Origin: Dehalococcoidia bacterium | GTDB taxonomy: Bacteria; Chloroflexota; Dehalococcoidia; Lucifugimonadales; UBA3495 | DNA: 32,687 nt | Direction: 5' to 3' | Assembly: GCA_047516825.1 (NCBI GenBank) | Contig: JAKZUA010000062.1 | Coordinates: forward strand, 1-32,687 | Shown here: in pieces, positions 1-8,277 of the stretch | How positions within the stretch are numbered: position 1 is the stretch's first letter | Layout: each line of letters starts with the position of its first letter | Position numbers and translations under genes: made by a program | The notes under the pieces: model-generated | What the model saw: the letters and a program-made list of their open reading frames with translations, nothing else | Told to the model about the DNA's origin: nothing | Database searches by the model: none

Positions 1-380
1 TGTCCCTGGAGCAGATTAACCAGGAAATCTCCAAAAAGGCTTCGGAGTTCAACCTGGAGACAGAGTTTTTTCAGTCCAACACGGAGGGGGAACTGGTTGA
101 CCGGATTCAAGCGGGTTGGGGCAATATCGATGGCATCATCATTAATCCCGGAGCCCTGACCCACTACGGCTACTCCCTGAAAGATGCCTTGATCGACGCC
201 AACCTGCCGGTAATCGAAGTCCACCTCAGCAACATCCACGGCAGGGAGAGGTGGAGAAGCCGCTCGATAATCGCCGACGTGGCGCAGGGCCAAATTGCCG
301 GGTTCGGGTGGAGAAGCTATACTGCGGCTATAGAGATCCTGGCCGGCTTGATTCAGGATCGGGTAACCGGCACGAGGTGA
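1..380 (+). CDS. aroQ: Type II 3-dehydroquinate dehydratase, C-terminal ~125 codons (5' end outside window)
   Basis: Frame 3 is open from nt 3 to TGA 378-380. It reads ...FFQSNTEGELVDRIQ...DGIIINPGALTHYGYSLKDAL...PVIEVHLSNIHGRERWRSRSI..., matching the AroQ INPGA-TH and EVH-SN-H-RE signature strings. ORF-track entry 189..380 is only the part after an internal start. Confidence 0.85.
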   Translation, partial: SLEQINQEISKKASEFNLETEFFQSNTEGELVDRIQAGWGNIDGIIINPGALTHYGYSLKDALIDANLPVIEVHLSNIHGRERWRSRSIIADVAQGQIAGFGWRSYTAAIEILAGLIQDRVTGTR

Positions 381-514
381 GGGCGCCGGGTAGTTCAGCA
401 GGTGGCTTAGCGGGCACCTGCCTCTCGTCCAATTTCGGGCAGTTTCGCGCATTATCTCCCGGGCGGGCAGCCATGCGGCGGCGTACCGGGGAAGACACCG
501 GGAGGTGATTGGAA

Positions 515-1081
515 ATGACCATCAACTTCGGCGACCTGAGCCGGGGAATGGTAATCGAGCTGGACGGTCAGCCCTGGCAGGTCATGGATTACGAGCGGCA
601 CAAGATGCAGCAGCGAGCGCCGGTGACTCGCATTAAGATGAAAAATTTGCTTTCCGGTGCGGTGGTGGAGCGGACCTTTCAGCGGTATGACACGGTGTTT
701 ACTCAAGCCGAGGTGGACAACCGCCAGACCCAGTTCCTTTACACCGACACGAACTTCTACTACTTTATGGACCAGGAAACCTTTGAGCAGCATGAGCTGA
801 CCAAAGGACAGCTGGGGAACTCGTTGGATTACCTAAAGGAGAACATGATGGTGGAAATGTTCTTTTACAAGGGGAATCCGGTAAACGTCACCATGCCCAC
901 CCACGTGGACCTGGAGGTGGTGGAGACTCCCCCAGCTTTTCGAGGCGACACGGCCCAGGGCGGGAACAAGCCCGCCACCCTGGAGACCGGCCTAAAGATT
1001 AACGTCCCCATGTTCATCACCCCCGGAACTGTGGTCAAGGTGGATACGCGCACCGGAGAATATACCGAGCGGGTCGGCTAA
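515..1081 (+). CDS. efp: Translation elongation factor P
   Basis: Full-length colinear match to EF-P: LDGQPWQV..., FMDQETFEQ, GDTAQGGNKPATLETG, VPMFI, VKVDTRTGEY. GGAGGTG at 501-507 lies 7 nt before ATG 515; the ORF track starts at TTG 509. Confidence 0.95.
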   Translation: MTINFGDLSRGMVIELDGQPWQVMDYERHKMQQRAPVTRIKMKNLLSGAVVERTFQRYDTVFTQAEVDNRQTQFLYTDTNFYYFMDQETFEQHELTKGQLGNSLDYLKENMMVEMFFYKGNPVNVTMPTHVDLEVVETPPAFRGDTAQGGNKPATLETGLKINVPMFITPGTVVKVDTRTGEYTERVG

Positions 1082-1082
1082 C

Positions 1083-2345
1083 TTGGCGTCCGTCTACACC
1101 GTCAGCCAGGTAACCGCTTATCTCAGGGAGTCGTTGGAGGGAGACCCCATCCTCTCCGACCTGTTCGTGGTTGGCGAGGTTTCCAATCTGCGAGTCTCGG
1201 CCGCGGGCCATTCCTACTTCACCCTCAAGGACGGTCAGGCCGTTCTTAACTGCGTCATGTTCAAAGGGCAGCCGGGCAGCGAGCTGCTGGTCAACGGCGC
1301 CGCGGTCTCCACCCACGGGCGTATCAGCTTCTACGAGCCCCGAGGCTCCACCGATTACATGGTGGACCTGGCCATGCCGGAAGGCGTGGGAGAATTGGCC
1401 CTGGAGTTGGAGCGCCTAAAGGTAAGGCTAGAGGCGGAAGGCCTGTTTGAAGAATCACGCAAACGCCCGTTGCCGGCTTTCCCCCAGGTAATCGGTGTGG
1501 TCACTTCCCCCTCCGGCTCGGTTTTTCACGACATACAAAATGTGATCGCCCGTCGCTACCCCTTGGTGGAGCTGCTGCTTTCGCCCAGCCAGGTACAGGG
1601 CAACTCGGCGGCGGCCAATCTGGTTTCCGCCATCGAGCGGCTCAACCAGGATGGCCGGGCGGATGTGATCATCCTAGCCAGGGGTGGCGGCGCGTTGGAA
1701 GAGCTGTGGCCCTTCAACGAAGAGGCCGTGGCCCGGGCCATCTACGCCAGCCGCACACCGGTTGTCAGCGGTGTGGGACATGAGACGGACCTGACCATCG
1801 CCGATTTGGTGGCGGATCTCCGCGCTCCCACGCCGTCCGCGGCGGCGGAGCTGGTCGTTCCCGATGGGGGGGCGCTGCGCCAGGAGCTGGACGAGTTGAT
1901 CAAGCGATCCCGGCGGGCATTCACGCACCAGCAGGAAATCCTGGTCCGCTCTGTGTCCGATATGGCGCGCCGTCTGGCCGCCGGCTTACCCGACCTGGCT
2001 ACCTGGCGCCGGCGGGTCGACGACCTGGGAAGGTCCATGCAGCAAGAATTGGCCGCCAGGTTAAAACTCACCCAGCTCCAAGTCGCCAGCTTGGAGCAGC
2101 GGCTCCAGGCCCTGGAACCCGCGGCCACTCTGCTCCGGGGTTATTCGGTGGTTCAGCGAGCGGATACCGGGGAAGTGGTGCGTAGCACGAAACAGGTGGA
2201 CCCGGGAGACGGGCTGAACATCACTGTTTCCGACGGCCAGATACCCGCAGTGTCCGGGGCCGGGGCCGGCTCGTCGGCCAAGCCCCGCCGCCGCAAGGAA
2301 CGGGTCGGCCAGGCCAAACCGCCAAATATGGAGCGACTGCTTTAG
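1083..2345 (+). CDS. xseA: Exodeoxyribonuclease VII large subunit
   Basis: 420-aa ORF with TTG start 1 nt after the efp stop. The N-terminal OB-fold region (VSQVTAYLRESLEGDP-L-DLFVVGEVSN...GHSYFTLKD) and central ITSPSG-V--DI / ARGGG--EEL--FN motifs are typical of XseA. Confidence 0.9.
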   Translation: MASVYTVSQVTAYLRESLEGDPILSDLFVVGEVSNLRVSAAGHSYFTLKDGQAVLNCVMFKGQPGSELLVNGAAVSTHGRISFYEPRGSTDYMVDLAMPEGVGELALELERLKVRLEAEGLFEESRKRPLPAFPQVIGVVTSPSGSVFHDIQNVIARRYPLVELLLSPSQVQGNSAAANLVSAIERLNQDGRADVIILARGGGALEELWPFNEEAVARAIYASRTPVVSGVGHETDLTIADLVADLRAPTPSAAAELVVPDGGALRQELDELIKRSRRAFTHQQEILVRSVSDMARRLAAGLPDLATWRRRVDDLGRSMQQELAARLKLTQLQVASLEQRLQALEPAATLLRGYSVVQRADTGEVVRSTKQVDPGDGLNITVSDGQIPAVSGAGAGSSAKPRRRKERVGQAKPPNMERLL

Positions 2346-2535
2346 CGCCGGGATTTCCGACCACGGATTTTCCCCCATCGGTTCAGCCCCAAAGAGGCCT
2401 CCAACCCCTCCTCATGCTCCTCCCCTAGTGTTAGACTAAGGCCACAGCTTTTCTCTTCCGGTGTACCGATTATTTGGACTAGAAGGGGCCGCTCCGCCTA
2501 GTTAGCGGCAGAGGTCGCCTGGGGACACGGTTGCC

Positions 2536-2835
2536 ATGGCCGAACAGCTAGCTTCCGAATCCGGCATTGACCCGGAAGCTCAGAAGGCGGATGGTCTGAG
2601 TTTTGAGGAGGCTTTCCGCAGGCTGGGAGAGATGGTGGATTCCCTGGAAAGCGGCGGATTGCCCTTGGCCGAAGCGACTGTTATTTACCAGCAGGGGATG
2701 GGTTTGGTGCGACGCTGCAACCAGTTTCTGAACGAAGCCGAGCTTAAAATCACCCAGCTCACTGATGACCTCGGCGACTTCGGGGAGACTGCCCCCGCCG
2801 ACATTCTGGAATGGGACGAAGACTCAGAGGCATAA
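2536..2835 (+). CDS. xseB: Exodeoxyribonuclease VII small subunit
   Basis: 99-aa ORF. LSFEEAFRRLGEMVDSLESGGLPLAEATVIYQQGMGLVRRCNQFLNEAELKI matches the XseB helical-hairpin consensus (FEE-L--LE-IV--LE-G-L-L). It follows xseA after a 190-nt gap. Confidence 0.85.
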   Translation: MAEQLASESGIDPEAQKADGLSFEEAFRRLGEMVDSLESGGLPLAEATVIYQQGMGLVRRCNQFLNEAELKITQLTDDLGDFGETAPADILEWDEDSEA

Positions 2836-2959
2836 AATGCTGCGATTGGACCTCCAGATTCACCCCTGCCATTCCAAGGATCGCCCGGCACCTGTTCATT
2901 CGGCGGTCTGCCCCTGCCGGGCGGTTTTCGCCAGGCTGGGCCAAGCGCTCCGCTAAGTT

Positions 2960-3790
2960 ATGCTTCGCATCGGCTGGTTTTCCACCGGAAGAGGGGAAGG
3001 GTCCCGGGGCCTGCTGCGGTTTGTCCAAGACTGTATCCTGCGGGGCCAGTTGGATGCCCAAATCCAATTCGTTTTCAGCAACCGCGCCCCGGGGGAAGCC
3101 GAGGGGTCGGATGAATATTTTCGGCTGGTAACCGGCTACGACATTCCTCTCCATACCCTGTCTTCCAGCCAATTCCACCGCTCCCGGGGCGGCTCCCTGG
3201 CCAGCCATCGGGACGAGTTCGATCGCCAGGTAATGACCAAGCTGCGGGATTATCAGGTGGACGTCTGCGTCCTGGCGGGATACATGCTTATCGTCGGGGG
3301 CGGCATGTGCCGCCAGTACTCTCTGCTGAACCTGCACCCGGCGCTGCCCGACGGCCCCATCGGCACCTGGCAGGATGTAATCTGGGCGTTGATCGAGCAG
3401 AGGGCATCTCACACCGGGGCAATGACCCACCTGGCCACGGAGGATGTGGACCGAGGACCGGTAGTTTCTTACTGCACGGCGTCGATTACCGGCGGCGAGT
3501 TTAGAGCCCATTGGGATGAATTGGAGCGGCTGGACCTGGGGCTGGTCAAGAACTCTCCGGGAGAGGCCTACCCGTTATTCCAGCTGATTAGACAGGCTGG
3601 GTACCGGCGAGAACCCTACCTCTTGCTGGAGACTCTACGCGCCCTAGCCGAGGGACATCTGGCCATAAGGGGACTGGAGGTACTGGATAGCAGCGGACAG
3701 CCCCTAGCCCGCAGTGCGCCCCGTGGCCTCTGCCTGGACCCGGCTATAGAGAGGGCCATGGCCGAAGACGCCGCCGAACTGGGGAATTAG
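2960..3790 (+). CDS. Formyltransferase-family protein (PurN-like N-terminal domain with ~70-aa C-terminal extension)
   Basis: LNLHPALP (the N-x-H-P formyl-transfer motif) and HLATEDVDRGPVV (catalytic Asp region) match GAR/Met-tRNA formyltransferase-type domains. At 276 aa it is longer than canonical PurN, so the exact substrate is not assigned. Confidence 0.7.
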   Translation: MLRIGWFSTGRGEGSRGLLRFVQDCILRGQLDAQIQFVFSNRAPGEAEGSDEYFRLVTGYDIPLHTLSSSQFHRSRGGSLASHRDEFDRQVMTKLRDYQVDVCVLAGYMLIVGGGMCRQYSLLNLHPALPDGPIGTWQDVIWALIEQRASHTGAMTHLATEDVDRGPVVSYCTASITGGEFRAHWDELERLDLGLVKNSPGEAYPLFQLIRQAGYRREPYLLLETLRALAEGHLAIRGLEVLDSSGQPLARSAPRGLCLDPAIERAMAEDAAELGN

Positions 3791-3869
3791 GACAGCCGGG
3801 GTGAGCTACAGGAGGAATTGCTAAGAAATTAGCTCAAATCGTGGTTCGACAGGATCACCACCAACGGAT

Positions 3870-3911
3870 AAAAAACACCGTCCGTTCGTCCTGAGCTTGC
3901 CGAAGGACGGT
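3870..3911 (-). terminator. Rho-independent terminator for clpX built from a REP-like hairpin (TCCTGAGC-N3-CCGAAGG core)
   Basis: ACCGTCC (3877-3883) pairs with GGACGGT (3905-3911). On the minus strand the hairpin is followed by TTTTTT (A-run 3870-3875 on +). It lies between the convergent formyltransferase and clpX genes. Confidence 0.65.
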
Positions 3912-3943
3912 CCAACCGAAATACAAGAGTTTTGAGGTGGTCT

Positions 3944-5251
3944 CTAGGCCGACTTCTGCATCGGCTCCTGGGGAAGCTGAAAACTGCCGCCGCTCTCGGT
4001 TATCAGAGTGGGCGAGCCGACACCTCGTATTGAATCGGCATCGACCACACACCTCGCCACATCGTCCAGAGAAGGCAACTCATACATCACATCCAGGAGG
4101 GTTTCCTCCACAACGTATCTCAAGCATCGGGCGCCGGTAGAGTGCTCCAGCGCCTTACCCGCCGCCGCTTCCAGCGCCTCCTGCGTGAATTCCAATTCCA
4201 CGCCGTCGATACTGAAAAGCTGCTGATATTGCTTCACGATGGCATTCTTAGGCTCGGTCAACACCTGCACCAACTCTGCTCGGTCCAGGGGTTCCAGGGT
4301 TGTAACCACCGGCAACCTGCCAACCATTTCCGGTACAAAGCCATACTCCAACAGATCTTCCGGAATGGCCTGGCACACTAGGTTGCTCTCCGGGAGGGAC
4401 TCTGCCCGACCTCCGCCCAGGAAGCCCATTTGGGAGCCGCTGTAGGCGATCCGCTTGGAAACAATCTCCTCCAGACCGTTAAAGGCTCCCCCACAAATAA
4501 AGAGAATATTACGGGTGTTGATCTGGAGAAACTCTTGATGAGGATGTTTCCGGCCACCCTGGGGGGGCACATTGGCCACGCAGCCCTCGATTATTTTTAG
4601 CAGTTCCTGCTGAACCCCCTCTCCTGAGACATCCCTGGTGATGGAGCGATTGACGCCCTCCTTACGGGCGATCTTGTCTAGCTCATCGATGTAGATAATG
4701 CCCCGCTCCGCCTTGGACAGGTCCCAATCGGCGACCTGAATCAAGCGGAGCAAAATGTTTTCCACGTCCTCTCCGACATATCCCGATTCAGTTAGGGACG
4801 TGGCATCACAGACTACAAAGGGGACGGCCAGGGTGCGGGCCAGGGTTTCCGCCAGCAAGGTTTTGCCGCAGCCGGTGGGGCCAATCATTAATATATTGGC
4901 CTTTTGCAGCTCAACCTCGGACTTCTTCGCGCCGTTCCAAATCCGCTTGAAATGGTTGTAGACGGCCACGCTAAGGGTCTTCTTGGTCCTTTCTTGACCG
5001 ATAACGTAGGTGTCCAGATTGGCCCGGATCTGCCGGGGAACCAACGGCGTGCTTGGTTCCGGCGGGGCAGGTTCCGGGGTTTTTTCGGCTTCTATCAGCT
5101 CCCCGAGGACACGGATACACTCATAACAAACGGAAGCCCGCCCTTGGCCGGCGATCACCAGGTTGGAGCGGGTCTGTCCCTTTCCGCAAAAGGAGCATTG
5201 CAATGCTCGAGTTCCCCCTTTAGTACTACTCACTCTCACCCCATCACCCAA
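3944..5251 (-). CDS. clpX: ATP-dependent Clp protease ATP-binding subunit ClpX
   Basis: N-terminal C4 zinc finger (CSFCGK...CYEC), Walker A GPTGCGKT, Walker [10 protein letters not shown] and the pore/IGF region. It lies directly downstream of clpP. The TTG start at 5251 is uncertain; in-frame GTG codons lie 4 and 6 codons downstream. Confidence 0.95.
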   Translation of the reverse strand: MGDGVRVSSTKGGTRALQCSFCGKGQTRSNLVIAGQGRASVCYECIRVLGELIEAEKTPEPAPPEPSTPLVPRQIRANLDTYVIGQERTKKTLSVAVYNHFKRIWNGAKKSEVELQKANILMIGPTGCGKTLLAETLARTLAVPFVVCDATSLTESGYVGEDVENILLRLIQVADWDLSKAERGIIYIDELDKIARKEGVNRSITRDVSGEGVQQELLKIIEGCVANVPPQGGRKHPHQEFLQINTRNILFICGGAFNGLEEIVSKRIAYSGSQMGFLGGGRAESLPESNLVCQAIPEDLLEYGFVPEMVGRLPVVTTLEPLDRAELVQVLTEPKNAIVKQYQQLFSIDGVELEFTQEALEAAAGKALEHSTGARCLRYVVEETLLDVMYELPSLDDVARCVVDADSIRGVGSPTLITESGGSFQLPQEPMQKSA

Positions 5252-5266
5252 TCTAGTCGGTTGTAG

Positions 5267-6043
5267 TTAACTCTTGTCTGCCTCGTCGGCGCCTGCCCCG
5301 TCGGCGTCTGCCCCGTCGGCGCCTGCCCCGTCGGCGTCTGCCCCGTCGGCGCCTGCCCCGTCGGCGTCTGCCCCGTCGGCGTCTGCCCCGTCGGCGTCTT
5401 CCTTCTTTTCTCCCAGAATTTCGTCAACCAAGCCGTATTCCATCGCCTGGTCGGCAGTCATGTAGAAGTCCCGGTCCGTGTCCCGAGCTATCCGGTCATA
5501 GTCCTGCCCGGTATTTACGGACAGGATGGTGCGCAGCTTGTCCTGCAGCCGCAGAATCTCTCGAGCGGCGATCTCTATGTCGGATGCCTGACCCTGAGCG
5601 CCTCCCATAGCCTGGTGCATGTGAATCGTCGAGTTGGGCAGGCAGTAGCGTTTGCCCTTGGCGCCGCCAGAGAGCAGAACGGTGGCCATGCTGGCCGTCA
5701 TTCCCAAGCAGATGGTGGATATTTCGCAGTTGACCAGCCTCATGGTGTCGTAGATGGCCAGGCCGGAGCTGATTACCCCGCCGGGACTGTTGATATAAAC
5801 GCTGACACCCTTGTCGGGATCCTCCCGCTCCAGGTAGAGCAGCTGGGCAATGATGACGTTGGCCATGGGGTCGGAAATTGGCGTTCCCAAAAAGATAATT
5901 CGTTCCCTGAGTAACAAAGAATAAATGTCGAAGGCCCGCTCGCCCCGGGGACTGGTCTCAATAACCATGGGGATAATATTTTGGGGAACGGTTAACGATG
6001 AATCCGGAAAGTAAAGGTGTCCATCGGCGGGGTTGCTTAGCAT
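5267..6043 (-). CDS. clpP: ATP-dependent Clp protease proteolytic subunit ClpP with a repetitive acidic C-terminal tail
   Basis: [25 protein letters not shown], the catalytic Ser context GMTASMA and HQ motifs. AAGGAG lies 9 nt upstream of ATG 6043. The last ~45 residues are [11 protein letters not shown] repeats. Confidence 0.95.
   Translation of the reverse strand: MLSNPADGHLYFPDSSLTVPQNIIPMVIETSPRGERAFDIYSLLLRERIIFLGTPISDPMANVIIAQLLYLEREDPDKGVSVYINSPGGVISSGLAIYDTMRLVNCEISTICLGMTASMATVLLSGGAKGKRYCLPNSTIHMHQAMGGAQGQASDIEIAAREILRLQDKLRTILSVNTGQDYDRIARDTDRDFYMTADQAMEYGLVDEILGEKKEDADGADADGADADGAGADGADADGAGADGADADGAGADEADKS
5285..5399. repeat. 15-nt tandem repeat, 7 full units plus one partial, inside the clpP 3' end
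   Basis: Units gtcggcgCctgcccc and gtcggcgTctgcccc alternate strictly for six units (a 30-nt super-period, x3). One more T-type unit and a 10-nt partial unit follow. Confidence 0.95.
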
Positions 6044-6094
6044 TGGGTTGCGCTCCTTAATCGGTTATCCTGTTCGTCTACTCCAGTAGAACTT

Positions 6095-7522
6095 CTAAGT
6101 AGATTCTTCCGGGTCGGTGCTATCCAGGGGTTCGACATCAGCAACCGGGACATTCGGTTCCAGGGCATCCTGGTCTGGAGGCTCCCGGTCCGGTTCCGTT
6201 GCCACGGGCTGTTCGGATTCCGGCTTTTCCTGAGATCCGCCATCCTCACCCTGGAATATCTGCAGCAGGCGCTGTATGACCTTGCGATCGGTAAGGGACG
6301 ACTGGATGTTCCCCTTGGCGCTCTCCGAGGATAGCGCCCGCCGCATCGCTTCTTCCGAATCTCCGGCGGTGGATAACAGGGAGACTATCTCTTCCTCCAC
6401 TTCCTCCGGGGAGACCTCTATATTTTCTTCCTCGGCCAGCTTGCGCAATACCAGGTATCTGGTCAATCGATCTTCCGCCGTTGGACGCAGCTGCTCTCGG
6501 AACTCTTCCGCCGTTTGGCCCAGATAGCCCAGGTAGGTTTCCATCGGTATACGGTTATTCTGAAGCGACCGCTCCCGATCCTGCTGCATCATATCCACCT
6601 CCCGTTGATACAGCATGTCCGAGGCCCGCACCGTGGCGGCCTTGACCAACTCCTCCAGGCTTTCCTGCTCCAGCCGACGGTTAGCCTCTACTTCGGCTTC
6701 TTCCTCCAGACGCTGCCTCGCGTGTTGCCGCAAAGCCTCCAAATCGTCAAAGCCCTCACCCACCCCTTTGGCAAACTCGTCATCCAGATCCAGCAGGCGC
6801 TTCTCCTTAATGGAAAGTACCTGCACGTTAAAGATACAATCCTTGCCCGCATGCTGTGGTCTGGGGTAATCCTCCGGTATGGTCAGGATGAACTCTTTCT
6901 TCTCATCCTCCACCATCCCTTCCAGATACGCGGCGAAGCCTGGGAAGGGCAGCACGTTCTCGACCTGGGGCACGTAGTCCACAGCCTGGTCGTCGACAAC
7001 CTGCTCATCATCGATGGTTCCAGAAACGTTCAGGTTGAGAAGATCGCCGAAGTTGACCGGCCGTTCGGCGGGTTCCCAGGGAGCCGACTCTTGGCGCAGC
7101 TGTTCCAGGACCTCCGCCACGCGCTCATCGTTTATCTCCGGCACTTCCTTCTGGACGCGAATGCTGCGGAACTCCCCCAAATCGACCTGGGGTTCCAGGG
7201 GCACCACCGCCGTGAAAGACACGGGTTCGATTTCCGTTACCTCTATCTGGGGTTCAATAAAGGCCTGCACATCTTCATCTTTCAAGACCTTATCCAGGGT
7301 CTCCGGAATCATGAATTCCAGCGCTTCCTGCACCAGAGCCGTGCGGCCTACGTAGCTCTCGACGATGGACCTGGGTGCCTTGCCCTTGCGAAATCCGGGG
7401 ATCTGCAATCTACCCACCGTCCGGCGATAGGAACGGTTGACGAAGGGGTCTTCATCCTCCGGGTCCATCACAATATTAAATGTGAGTTCCGTGGAAGTGA
7501 CCGATTCCCTGGTGACCTTCAC
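6095..7522 (-). CDS. tig: Trigger factor (ribosome-associated PPIase chaperone)
   Basis: N-terminal ribosome-binding signature GFRKGKAP at residues ~43-50. 475 aa, with tig-clpP-clpX synteny. GTG start with GGGAGA 7 nt upstream. Acidic Pro/Glu-rich C-terminal tail. Confidence 0.95.
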   Translation of the reverse strand: MKVTRESVTSTELTFNIVMDPEDEDPFVNRSYRRTVGRLQIPGFRKGKAPRSIVESYVGRTALVQEALEFMIPETLDKVLKDEDVQAFIEPQIEVTEIEPVSFTAVVPLEPQVDLGEFRSIRVQKEVPEINDERVAEVLEQLRQESAPWEPAERPVNFGDLLNLNVSGTIDDEQVVDDQAVDYVPQVENVLPFPGFAAYLEGMVEDEKKEFILTIPEDYPRPQHAGKDCIFNVQVLSIKEKRLLDLDDEFAKGVGEGFDDLEALRQHARQRLEEEAEVEANRRLEQESLEELVKAATVRASDMLYQREVDMMQQDRERSLQNNRIPMETYLGYLGQTAEEFREQLRPTAEDRLTRYLVLRKLAEEENIEVSPEEVEEEIVSLLSTAGDSEEAMRRALSSESAKGNIQSSLTDRKVIQRLLQIFQGEDGGSQEKPESEQPVATEPDREPPDQDALEPNVPVADVEPLDSTDPEEST

Positions 7523-7608
7523 CGGCTATTCTCCCGTTGTTTTGTCATCCCCAGATCTCCAACCGGTCCAGCCGGGCGGGTAGGACGTAGCGGTTCTGGG
7601 GCAGTTCA

Positions 7609-7617
7609 AGTATAGCA
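7609..7617 (-). promoter_or_regulatory. Candidate extended -10 element (TGcTATACT) for tig
   Basis: The reverse complement of 7609-7617 is TGCTATACT, ~85 nt upstream of the tig start. The -35 is weak (TTTTAT at 17-nt spacing). Confidence 0.35.
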
Positions 7618-7836
7618 TAATCGATAGTTGGATAAAAGATTCGGGGGTTGGCCGGAACCCGGCGTTCTCGGCCCGGGTGCGCCCAGTTAACGCCGTCATG
7701 GGGTGCTGACGAGCCGGTGGAAACTCCCAGAATCCGCCGCCAACCCGGTCAACAACAGCTTGATTTTATAGCTGTTATTTATATTGTTTTCAAACTCCGT
7801 ACAATATTGAAATTTGCAAAAATGGCCAAAAGTGGG

Positions 7837-7878
7837 TTGATTGTTATGTTGACAAGGTCTTGACAAGGTTGATAAGTT
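7837..7878 (+). promoter_or_regulatory. Four phased TTGAYA direct repeats; candidate promoter/operator upstream of rsmH
   Basis: TTGA starts at 7837, 7849, 7860 and 7869 (TTGATT, TTGACA, TTGACA, TTGATA). The unit TTGACAAGGT is duplicated exactly. TTGACA (7849) -18 nt- TAAGTT (7873) could act as a sigma-70-type promoter. The region upstream is AT-rich. Confidence 0.35.
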
Positions 7879-7882
7879 CTGG

Positions 7883-8277
7883 CTGTGGAGTGTGGCGAGG
7901 GATTAGGGGCGGTCACTTCCCCGGTTCTCTCTACACCATTGCCGGTCGAGCCCTGAACCGGGCCCGCGCTGGCTGGACTGGATCAACCCCCACGCCGGTG
8001 GGGGGTGGCGCCAAAATCAGCAAAAGGCGCTTTTCAGGCGGGTCTTTCCAGGAAGGGGTCCTGTCCTCCGTTTCGAGGAAATTTTTGCCCCGAACTTACC
8101 TATGGGGTCAACTTGTGCCAAATTTTGACCCCTATTATTCGGAGCCCGGGAAATGGGCAGAGAGTGAGGTTATCCTCAGGTCGTATGGTAGCTCTCGCGG
8201 CGCAAACCTTAAAGGGAAATCAAGTCGAGAGGATTCGTCCGGTGGGCATAGCCCGCCGCATCGGATTCAACGCCGGC
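7883..8277 (+). other. Long hairpin-rich untranslated region (leader of rsmH or independent small RNA)
   Basis: No protein-like ORF. Hairpins: 7987-8004 (CCCCCAC-GCCG-GTGGGGG); 8008-8030 followed by TTTT; 8064-8079 (TCCTC/GAGGA) followed by TTTTT; 8104-8132 (GGGGTCAA/TTGACCCC) followed by TATTATT; 8164-8178. Confidence 0.4.

Noticed and set aside
398-421. Hairpin GCAGGTG-N10-CACCTGC after aroQ as a terminator.
   Set aside because: A 7-bp stem but no following T-run. efp lies 90 nt downstream and may be co-transcribed. Too weak to call.
3799-3866. tRNA-like 3' end (GTGGTTCGACAGGATCACCACCA) with a possible 6/7-bp acceptor pairing to GGTGAGC at 3799.
   Set aside because: The span is only ~64 nt. 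No T-stem complementarity flanks the TTCGA, and no D-arm or anticodon arm can be drawn. Probably chance.
5285-5399. CRISPR-like arrays (also considered at 29158..29227).
   Set aside because: The repeats are directly adjacent with no spacers. One is in-frame coding sequence and the other has only two units. No cas genes are present.
5236-5465. ORFs 5236..5427 (-) and 5274..5465 (+), encoding TGQTP/APSAS repeats.
   Set aside because: They are alternative-frame readings of the 15-nt tandem repeat inside clpP. The ClpP frame is continuous with the conserved protease domain.
6515-7615. 366-aa ORF on the + strand opposite tig. Similar long antisense ORFs: 12364..12918, 15122..15658, 17752..18321, 17891..18580, 18124..18843, 23910..24680, 25724..26791, 26894..27634, 31716..32357.
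   Set aside because: Each lies entirely antisense to a gene with unmistakable family motifs. Their products are low-complexity, Arg/Gly/Pro/His-rich and lack SD sequences. These are typical shadow ORFs of GC-rich DNA.
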